Shown: piece by piece, positions 49,301 through 54,225 of the stretch
Position numbering within the stretch: position 1 is the first letter of the stretch
Layout of the letters: each line of letters begins with the position of its first letter
DNA from: a virus
Lineage: Duplodnaviria > Caudoviricetes
Reading direction: 5' to 3' (one strand)
IMG/VR virus record: IMGVR_UViG_3300028840_001956
Coordinates: 1 to 54,225 of that record
Length of the DNA: 54,225 nt
Translations under genes and position numbers: made by a program
Notes under the pieces: model-generated
Told to the model about the DNA's origin: nothing
Database searches by the model: none
Seen by the model: only the letters and a program-made list of their open reading frames with translations

Positions 49301-52300
49301 AAGGTGCTACCATTAAGTTCATTAAGGGGTATAAAGTCACAGATCGCAAGCAAGATGTCATGGGGTCAGTGACTGTCTATCACGGCACCGGCACTGAGTT
49401 TAAGCAATATGATCTTTCCTATATGAGTACCGGCGAGGGCTTTCAGGCATTCGGGTGGGGGCAGTATTTCACATATAGCAAGCGTATCGCAAGAGACTAT
49501 GCTGAGAAGCTCTCTAAGGGTGGGAAGCTTGGAACCCTACAGATAAACCTTCCACCGATAGCCCCTGCGAATGAATACCATCCAGGTGTTTCGGTTGATT
49601 ATGAACTCGTTAAGGATGGGGAGTGGGTAAAGCCAAAATTCTACAAGGTGAATGCCAATGATGATGGCTCTATAAAGAGCATTATCGGACCAGACGGAGA
49701 ATCAACGAGCGTTGAGTTTGCGAGAAATTTTGTCCACAGATATGTGAAGGCGTATATGGAAAATAAGATGCTTCTCGCAGTTAACAACGGAACGAAGATC
49801 GACGAGGACAAATTACTTGACTACCTATCGGACTCATTTGTAGAGTTGAGTTCAGATATAGAAGATGCCCGGGAACATATCCATTCTGAATATATGAGAA
49901 CGAAGAGAATGCCATTTATTAAAAAGCTAAAAGAAAAGCTCAACCTGGGAGACTCCGAAACGTCATCGAACGCTGCAGCTGCAATTAATAAATTCGACGA
50001 AAAGCATTACAATGAATTTATGGACCAGGTGTTTGACATTAAAGGTCTTGGGAAAATGAATGATATCATGCTAAGTGATATTAGCAGTGAGGTTGACGCC
50101 TGGGAAGATGTCTTCGCCAATAGCAGGGAATATATGGAAATGACCGGTGGGATTAAGGTCGTATATGTTACCGAGCTTCATGACGACTTGAAATTTCTCG
50201 ATTGGTATAAAACCATGAAGAGAGAAGACATTAAGAAAGTTATCTCAAGCCTGAGGGAAAGTCCAGATGTTGATCTCCTGCTATTAGATTCACTGAATAC
50301 AAGGCTCACAGAGGGGATGGTAGCACCGCTGGTTAAGAATGTATATGGGGAACTCCAGGCGCTTCTTGGATCTAAGAAGGCAGCCTCTATAGCTCTTGAG
50401 CAGGCAGGATTTGATGGTATTCGCTACGAGGCGAACAGTCTTTATGGTGGTATGCCGAAGGCGGTTGAATTCGAGCAGGACCTCGTTATGGAAGAGCTTG
50501 TTAGATATAAATCACTTCTACCGCCAAGGCTCAGGGATGTCCATTTTACAATGAGCAAAATTATTGACCACGATCCAGAGATTGTCGAGCAGGTCAAAGA
50601 ACATATAGACCCTGAGATGATAGACCGGCTGCACGAAGTTATCGAGACTGAATGGGGCAAGAATTATGTCCTGTTTTATAAGACTGAAGATCCCAAGTAT
50701 GCCACGATAACAGACAAGGTTTACCTGAGCCTCGATGCCTTCAGGGTGCAGGAGCAAGGCGCTGTGCAATACCTGAATTCAAAGGTTGGGAAGTCCGACA
50801 CCTCATTGACCGAAAAGCTGAATTCGACTTTCGGGTATTTTACAGGGGTTGGCGAAGACCGCAGTAACTGGCGGTACCTTATGTTCGATAAGCTTGATCC
50901 CATTGGTCAGTGGTTCGGACACGACAGCCACGCATACATGAAGGCCAGGGGTGTACCTGGGGCAGTTGGTTCATTGGCAGCATTCCTGGAGCATGGCAAA
51001 TTATATTGGGATAAGACCATGACTCTCGGGGTCCAGAAAGATCCGGCCACGAAACAGATCTCAAGGAAGAAGGGGTTTATCCCATGGGTCAAGGCTCTTG
51101 GTCCCAATGATGGTGTGAAATTCTTTTATTGGCTGATAGCCAAGAGAGCAGATGCTCTTGACGCAGAGGGCCGTGAGCACTGGCTCAAGGCTCCAGACAG
51201 GGCGAAGATCCTTGCATGGGTTGGCGTCCCTGAGAATAAACGTGGTCTAAGCTGGGAAGAAATCAATACCGAGTTTCAGGCATTCAATAAAAATATACTT
51301 GACATAGCTGAGAAGGCAGGCGTTGTAAGTAAGGCGTCCAGGGCTGATTGGGAATCGGATCTTTATATCCCATTTTATCGCGTTATTGAGAATCCGGTTA
51401 CAGCCGCAGAGTTTTGGAGAACGCCGCCGAGGTCCAAGGATTTTCTGAGCGCCGGTATCAAAAGGCTTACCGGTGGTGAGTCTAAGATCGGTGATCCGAT
51501 GGAAAATATAATGAAGAATTGGACCCACTTGCTTAATACGTCGATCACGAATGTCGCCAGGGGTTCGAGCGTCAAGTACGCCGTAGACAATAAGGTTATG
51601 ACCGGAATGACGAAGCTCATGAAGGTCAACGAATTCTCAGTATTCAACCCCGTGACCGGCACAACCCTCGATGTTTTTGATACCCGTAAAGAGGCCCAGG
51701 AATATATCAGGGACGAGATTACCAGCAACGACCTCTTCAAGAAAAAGGATATTAAAATAGTGAAGCATACCTCTGAGGTCGAGGTACCCATACCTGTCAT
51801 TGAAGAGGTACCATGGTCTCAGACGGTCGTAATGAAGGCTCAGAAGGACAAAAAGGGAAAGGCTACCGGTGCTATCTATATTCACAAAAAGACCGGAGAA
51901 CAGCTTCTCGGCTATCAGAAAGCCGGTAAAATGCAATATTTCAAGGTGAATGATCCTGAGCTTTACGTCGCTATCTCCGGCATGAACCCGCACCAGTTTG
52001 ATAATGCTGTTATGGAATTCTTCAGGACGTCAAAGAGATGGCTGACATACGGTGCCACCTTCGGTCCTGGCTTCAAGATTGCGAATGCCGTGAGGGACAC
52101 ATTGCATACGTCCCTTATTTCAAAGTCGTTCATCCCGTTCGTCGATACCATGCGTGGCTTCTGGAAGGCGTGGGCGCAGAATGAAGCTTATGTGAGCTAT
52201 CTGGCTTCCGGCCATGCGTTCGGCGGCGACTACATTAAATCTGAAGATCCAGCGGTGCTGGCTAAATACATAAAGAAACAGCTTAAGGGGCAAAACTTCG

Positions 52301-53565
52301 CTGATAAATTTATCAACAGTTTAACAGGAACTGAAGGTAAAACTATCATAGGCCGGATACTCGACACTCCTGGTAAGATGCTTGATTTTTGGGAGAGGCT
52401 CGGGTCTGCCTCTGAGAGTGCCGCCAGGGTGCAGTTAGCTGAGAACTTGAAGGCCAAGGGAGAATCAACGGCTAAAGCTTATTTTGCTTCAAGGGATCTA
52501 ATGGACTTTCAGATGTCAGGTGCTGCCGGTATTGTCCAGTTCCTGATTCAAACGATACCATTTCTGAACGCTCGCGCACAAGGACTTTACAAGATGGGAC
52601 GAGCAGTGAAGGAGAACCCGTCTCACTTTGCAATGAAGGCTTTCGCTATAGCCCTGGCGTCTCTCGGGTTGTGGCTTATATACAAGGACGACGACCGGTA
52701 CAAGGAGCTTGAGGATTGGGACCGGTTTGCATACTACCACTTTTGGGTTGGCGATCTTCACTTTAGGGTGCCGAAGCCATTCGAGACCGGTGTTCTGTTT
52801 TCTACTTCTGTAGAGGCCGCAGGCAACGTGATGGTGGGCAATGAGGACCTTGACCACTTGTGGACGTACATGAAACACGCAACCACAGAGACGTTCGCTT
52901 TCAATCCTATCCTCGGCATTCAGTCTGTAAAGCCGCTGGCCGAGCAATGGGCGAACAAGGTCAGCTTTACCGGGAGACCGATAGAGGGGCAAGGACTTAG
53001 CGGTCTGCGATGGGGAGAGCGCTATGATCCATGGACTTCAGAGACCATGCGCCTTATCGGTGGAACGCTGAACTTACCGCCTAAACGAATGGAGCATTTG
53101 GTCAGAGGGTATACCGGCACGTTCGGTATGTTTATACTCGGCGGTGCTGATCTATTCACCAGGAATGTATTCGACTTTCCAGAGAGACCGGCGATGACCT
53201 GGAACGAAATGCCAGGACTCACAAGGTTCATAAAGAGTGGCGAGGCAAGGAATACAAAATATATGACTCGCTTCTACGACCACTATAACGAGATGTCGAA
53301 GCTCGTCAGGACTGTGAACTATTATGATAAGCTCGGGGATATGACTATGGTCCGTAAGCTTGTCAGAGACAATAAAGAATTCTACGCACTCAAAAAGGAA
53401 TTTAACAAGGCCAGATCGAGTTTGGTAAAAATCAATCGTGATATCCGACTCGTGTGGCTAAACAACCGAATGGGAAGCGACGAGAAGAGACGGCGGATCG
53501 AAGTTTTATACGGGAAGCGGAATAAGATCGTTCGCTCAATCTATTCAAAATATAAAGAGAGGTAA
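40363..53565 (+). CDS. Giant (4400 aa) polyvalent internal virion / ejection protein
   Basis: Uninterrupted ORF at the position of the large ejection protein; Gly-rich hydrophobic N-terminal segments, several enzyme-like domains, LPD38-like C-terminus. Confidence 0.85.
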   Translation: MADPKYGDSAMPVNRFKYGDDLSAYKTQPSPADAPASSTGETVDPNYKPTVFESMSNDQFIDFLVDKAGPEMDFEMQFQKAKHFTDSHRERYAAYESQPQWKKDVARSQGVQDLYNILPEAGGFKKFMALAQDIKTRITGSEQDKYLSELFDKTKHEQLGAAAIAELQEKYDIKEFPGKEPGDLIFDQAVHEGFKQVQSGYDWTARSVRDLIVKEFEQGTATDDLISEDAKAQMRIGDAYMDKLLDPTQSYQENTYLMGKTEKFINDFVQMGPQLLGQVAAGSIGGFAGGALFMFPQIYGAKYRRVRELGGTVEDAVFSGLIDGALQGSLESLSMGFALRGVPKKWLGNRFFKSVADRVAAGGSEMVTEYVQSFIDDFTEAIGDPGFKEKFQSKDWAGKVKLIKERMGSASAAGVHEGLVAGLWGMVLGGAHADSEVSRRFGKEVDARVQERMGTAVSEDILSRAGKVAKAVPQEVKVSADAREILDNAVTIVEGETAKAETAERMAAMPTDRAIEAPEGLGQPIVEGEPVMAATDAGIATEGELEVEPEAAAPMAARERFPGTIWDLKGAEKPTPGGPVLPPEIEALKDTDPDAYQLAVDIAKTKETPKTKEAPAPKAKEAPALLKEKGKLSSRDKIERLWSRIDETQRSKVKDLYDGKIGDMDDYTTYQMMAADLVSKGVDIAVQSRPTLAEWRVNPQVRPAGVQKGIGKKVYMPGETGRTAKQINRGIDVAYGTTFGEAAYNEELKLAESRQVERKVEGKPVAPREARTSRKQAPVKREPAKEGKTSTAIFEKFVARISSKGEAKELRGIKASEIKQVTKLTKVQQAVNQISIVLYGTPVAYYNTSNPVLDASNGYYMEGAGQLLNAKKPEGALLALFGHESWHDMSVNEPVLAAAVKKIFWQNVNKQEWKDYIDTLSAARYEVGLGDLDEAGMKEEFEADFISSKWADPEFLNKLIDALNKKNPGLALNLFNLLNKALAKIKAAIQAELWTYLRKDVEAVENVLIDFYVKLSEKNKAKIPLAAVDAITIKMSIDVGKVEAIRTPASMHTPSGKIYEGAMHSVAFEKMEAEHGDVNYVLEVEDGYMTTFERFVDRDEGNAIAENANQVSKDRERSYLISEDLIKDISDTYIIDGDGHIVAMAHVKGDDAALGMIDAIVKGHDSLLAYDSDGLGVIAESLGFELESEVDGRQIYKYKGEIYDANIIAGRFAATWNKDLRADERTATLLDAITEQARTEGSRVVGGKQGKAEEKLIEYLNRSWKSYAAGEKVTGTTDVPTKNVRVKGGKSTMAMIQVSSLRGREQATARGDKYFDLLYSKVEGYERPTDFWEVPTWMAHGAKSFKNADAYIVRNVEEAKAYLRNSGYESIMFSAMDANKHFIKELAGSFSGDIIIGGYVDPGYFAGIKNIKFADSMEAAAKLLKVPFKQGVDYRQFKGTRVIPRLEMSKGCKHKCAFCTVPKKIEMADDIADQVKSMAGLGHKLIYLNDKTFGQAENYKDLVKINEQVKAQNPEFQGFIIQTTAPAFNKMDDEFIKESGIKYVELGMESFNDDILEKINKPHRQKHIVEAADKIRRLGLRFIPNVMVGLAGVDKKGDLWTETAESYRNTLTFLEQNKDIISHTNSYILATYEGTETGKQLGTDNEIDGDENVVQKSWLQNRELHDIFYRRLLEFSERQIEQPDVKASILVARKEDPVVLPGEIQEDPDTVDMDPRDIDEEYAYAAIKMVHYLELKSQAYKKIPDDKHDAFSKHYQKQTDSELGVYSDRVIGYLKSVYKDWLSRHRGPEGWFKSMFMEEYDYGMEPSQYFTNEKIGFIKMGDFWEFDVSKDIIDAVEEKATRPYVPQERDELIEFFKDELDIELSDLALKEYDDDMLLDKAEEMVYNKYPAWYFWPDTVELSDIKGLLNLDGWDSPFGKIVREVMETKGWEAWRANFPSMGATEVRVEEQYKRLKDAKDQAAKMTAISLALNESHVYGTMSEHAGLANTELQEINNIADGVYKFEDMLRRQYKPGEGEAQLKQSLDLKKALSGKAIKVKVAGKTYVVNEQRQSIEKLLEITGGAASLKKFLTDNGVDKIQAGRIQAIAKSMEEYPFPSPEETATALLAFDKKNPDVKGWYDNISYLRTVFENDDDLNLFIGLAMLSHTSRNKGTLANMGEFIKFRMLQRAGQVDKKSKFGLVDQATVDRVLSAESIDEMFNIDFTALQFKKGEVKVKAFAETFAAIMRDPESRNAIESVVDIWVGRYFFPSKTSGGVVDTSDTVMAMSPVQHLLVQRHMRDTEAIMTEKSGITWHPDMAQAVLWFYIRKQWEDVRGDKTGQKGYTFDETLNVYAERWSGALDLDDRQVEAYIKYKLRDPDVRHILDLYSQDKDLNVFDMVKADEPLILQLFDAAKLPKDYDISGKTRHRVVIETNKIYDADADPDGLIDKGFDPNDITTLMDFEKRLRDAGWVGLRSGEMTILLEPVRTEAMKTGALAISPMVSPEVVEIFKNNFPDKYRKMIRYQKWYDDGNIEALDNAMRSELTRVFANPLIDIRSIGPAEGRWSGGREYAPRVDLDYANIDIAKGLLAQFLKDNGQYEGVLSERVSGWNDKQRPKGIAKDQAPSIMLKFKKPLTEEQVSEIVETLDNSGIPGSVYSQEINALTIHHLKYRHREKTVGPALMLDGNIIYGTKKDDGKLDAKSYEGLYKKAGTTFKKLREAGGEKGFITNFGNFVNNQKAKELKANFGKVKQKDVDFLKSVIDAVRAIQAKFNEYEGLGQVWYNHHILENNWLKNRKGQEYDKSIEKARQVSRNMGLIAEPKVVSGKYRKGTELFKGQEGYRIGEGRKISSESVKLIKEFIKAEPIEGLIDANQAAQYRTWIASGINIGPARMKQLEKFDAGEVKPIAGEQAGLFASVPMDRAAAYKAGEAYAKAPNNLLGFSKDPFVQKGFYDQNYSYIAEVEVTYPKTDLAPETKWRDKIRGLNMKQALERARRNWEGATIKFIKGYKVTDRKQDVMGSVTVYHGTGTEFKQYDLSYMSTGEGFQAFGWGQYFTYSKRIARDYAEKLSKGGKLGTLQINLPPIAPANEYHPGVSVDYELVKDGEWVKPKFYKVNANDDGSIKSIIGPDGESTSVEFARNFVHRYVKAYMENKMLLAVNNGTKIDEDKLLDYLSDSFVELSSDIEDAREHIHSEYMRTKRMPFIKKLKEKLNLGDSETSSNAAAAINKFDEKHYNEFMDQVFDIKGLGKMNDIMLSDISSEVDAWEDVFANSREYMEMTGGIKVVYVTELHDDLKFLDWYKTMKREDIKKVISSLRESPDVDLLLLDSLNTRLTEGMVAPLVKNVYGELQALLGSKKAASIALEQAGFDGIRYEANSLYGGMPKAVEFEQDLVMEELVRYKSLLPPRLRDVHFTMSKIIDHDPEIVEQVKEHIDPEMIDRLHEVIETEWGKNYVLFYKTEDPKYATITDKVYLSLDAFRVQEQGAVQYLNSKVGKSDTSLTEKLNSTFGYFTGVGEDRSNWRYLMFDKLDPIGQWFGHDSHAYMKARGVPGAVGSLAAFLEHGKLYWDKTMTLGVQKDPATKQISRKKGFIPWVKALGPNDGVKFFYWLIAKRADALDAEGREHWLKAPDRAKILAWVGVPENKRGLSWEEINTEFQAFNKNILDIAEKAGVVSKASRADWESDLYIPFYRVIENPVTAAEFWRTPPRSKDFLSAGIKRLTGGESKIGDPMENIMKNWTHLLNTSITNVARGSSVKYAVDNKVMTGMTKLMKVNEFSVFNPVTGTTLDVFDTRKEAQEYIRDEITSNDLFKKKDIKIVKHTSEVEVPIPVIEEVPWSQTVVMKAQKDKKGKATGAIYIHKKTGEQLLGYQKAGKMQYFKVNDPELYVAISGMNPHQFDNAVMEFFRTSKRWLTYGATFGPGFKIANAVRDTLHTSLISKSFIPFVDTMRGFWKAWAQNEAYVSYLASGHAFGGDYIKSEDPAVLAKYIKKQLKGQNFADKFINSLTGTEGKTIIGRILDTPGKMLDFWERLGSASESAARVQLAENLKAKGESTAKAYFASRDLMDFQMSGAAGIVQFLIQTIPFLNARAQGLYKMGRAVKENPSHFAMKAFAIALASLGLWLIYKDDDRYKELEDWDRFAYYHFWVGDLHFRVPKPFETGVLFSTSVEAAGNVMVGNEDLDHLWTYMKHATTETFAFNPILGIQSVKPLAEQWANKVSFTGRPIEGQGLSGLRWGERYDPWTSETMRLIGGTLNLPPKRMEHLVRGYTGTFGMFILGGADLFTRNVFDFPERPAMTWNEMPGLTRFIKSGEARNTKYMTRFYDHYNEMSKLVRTVNYYDKLGDMTMVRKLVRDNKEFYALKKEFNKARSSLVKINRDIRLVWLNNRMGSDEKRRRIEVLYGKRNKIVRSIYSKYKER
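42840..43420 (+). other. Zincin-like metallopeptidase domain within the giant protein
   Basis: HExxH 'GHESWH' (43009-43023) followed by 'EEFEAD'. Confidence 0.7.
43755..43965 (+). other. Degenerate GNAT-like domain within the giant protein
   Basis: 'DGHIVAM...AIVKG..LLAYD..L....SLGFE' resembles the GNAT pattern of polyvalent proteins. Confidence 0.4.
44240..45410 (+). other. B12-binding-like plus radical SAM module within the giant protein
   Basis: 'SKGCKHKCAFC' (44716-44739), 'YLNDKTF', 'ELGMES', 'NVMVGL'; upstream 'IMFSA...IIIGG'. Confidence 0.85.
44890..44913 (+). repeat. 24-bp exact direct repeat, copy 2 (codons KAQNPEFQ)
   Basis: Identical to 10646-10669. Confidence 0.95.
46700..47290 (+). 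other. HhH/DNA-glycosylase-like domain within the giant protein
   Basis: 'GWY...S..N...KVKAF...VVDIWV.R...AQAVLW' pattern. Confidence 0.55.
49365..50720 (+). other. ADP-ribosyltransferase-like (ART-PolyVal) domain with large inserts
   Basis: 'VYHGT...GEGFQAFGWGQYFT' ... 'GFDGIRY' ... 'NYVLF'. Confidence 0.65.
52690..53250 (+). other. LPD38-like domain
   Basis: 'Y.ELEDWDR..YY...RVPKPFE.G', 'N.VSFTGRPI', 'P.RMEHLVRGYTG..G'. Confidence 0.7.
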
Positions 53566-53570
53566 TACAA

Positions 53571-53991
53571 ATGGCTTCAGTAAGTTCTATCAGAGTGTTC
53601 AACGCACGCACTATTGCAGCGAGTGGATCGTTAACGTCCCAGGCTTTTAAACTCGGATCTTACTCCGACATCCAGGGATACTTTTCACTCCATGTTGAAT
53701 TGTCTGGTGACGGAACGGGTAAGTTTCAAGCCGCCGTATCCAACAAAATTGTCTGGTGACGGAACGGGTAAGTTTCAAGCCGCCGTATCCAACAATAATT
53801 CAAACTTCATCATATCGTCTGATTCCTCGGACGATATTGTAACCGCGCACACGAAGACCAGTGGACCTGGATCTGATGGTGTGCAGATTTATCAGTTCAG
53901 CCCCATCACCTGCCAGTGGTTGAAAATAAAGGTGACGGAGACTGGCGGAGTAAATCCGATAACCGTAAGCGCCTGGCTTGCAATTCAATAA
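53571..53991 (+). pseudogene. Virion beta-sandwich protein gene frameshifted by a 49-bp duplication (123 aa if one copy is removed)
   Basis: ORFs 53571-53759 and 53692-53991 share 'LSGDGTGKFQAAVSN'; 421-49=372 nt restores a single frame. Confidence 0.7.
53698..53795 (+). repeat. Exact 49-bp tandem duplication
   Basis: AATTGTCTGGTGACGGAACGGGTAAGTTTCAAGCCGCCGTATCCAACAA twice (53698-53746, 53747-53795). Confidence 0.97.
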
Positions 53992-54003
53992 GGGAGAAAT
54001 GAA

Positions 54004-54225
54004 ATGAGTGGAAAACCTGGCCGGTGGGCCAATATAAATGATGCTATCGAAGACGGCGACTCAGATGTGATCGTTGAGGACACAGGGTCCGGAACCGTCA
54101 CGATCAATATTGATGGTAGTCCGGTTGGGGTGTTTGATTCAAGTGGCCTTACCGTTACCGGAGACATCTCTTCAGACACGAAGCCGACAATACTATATTA
54201 TCTGGACGGTACATATTCCGCAAGG
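54004..54225 (+). CDS. Partial tail-fibre-like protein, runs off the window
   Basis: AGGGAG RBS; open frame MSGKPGRW...IEDGDSDVIVEDTGSG to the window end. Confidence 0.55.
   Translation, partial: MSGKPGRWANINDAIEDGDSDVIVEDTGSGTVTINIDGSPVGVFDSSGLTVTGDISSDTKPTILYYLDGTYSAR

Noticed and set aside
1-54225. CRISPR array, tRNA, integrase, reverse transcriptase/DGR, alternative genetic code
   Set aside because: No regularly spaced repeats, cloverleaves or RT/integrase motifs were seen; long genes are intact in the standard code and all three stop codons end genes

Overview
This window is about 54 kb of a tailed dsDNA phage (Caudoviricetes) with podovirus-type, P22/BPP-1-like head and short-tail gene order. 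No host housekeeping genes, tRNAs, CRISPR arrays, integrase or lysis genes are recognisable. From left to right it holds two leftward recombination-type genes, small early genes, a replication module (NinB-like, HNH, initiator with internal iteron-like repeats, DnaB, metallophosphoesterase, SSB, RuvC-like resolvase), many accessory ORFs including an inverted PAPS-reductase-family island, and then TerS...TerL, portal, scaffold, major capsid, adaptor, nozzle, putative ejection proteins and a 4400-aa polyvalent protein. Five observations stand out. (1) The giant, probably virion-ejected protein contains a cobalamin-binding-type radical SAM module (CxxxCxxC) alongside zincin, GNAT-like, glycosylase-like, ART-like and LPD38-like segments. 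(2) An intergenic 24-nt sequence at 10646-10669 is identical to 8 codons of that radical SAM module (44890-44913) and sits directly 5' of a compact pseudoknotted RNA fold, like a guide followed by a scaffold. (3) A family of sigma70-type promoters shares a conserved spacer. (4) A ClpP-like protease carries a lipoprotein-type signal. (5) An exact 49-bp tandem duplication frameshifts a late gene. All protein family calls come from motif recognition by eye, without database searches.
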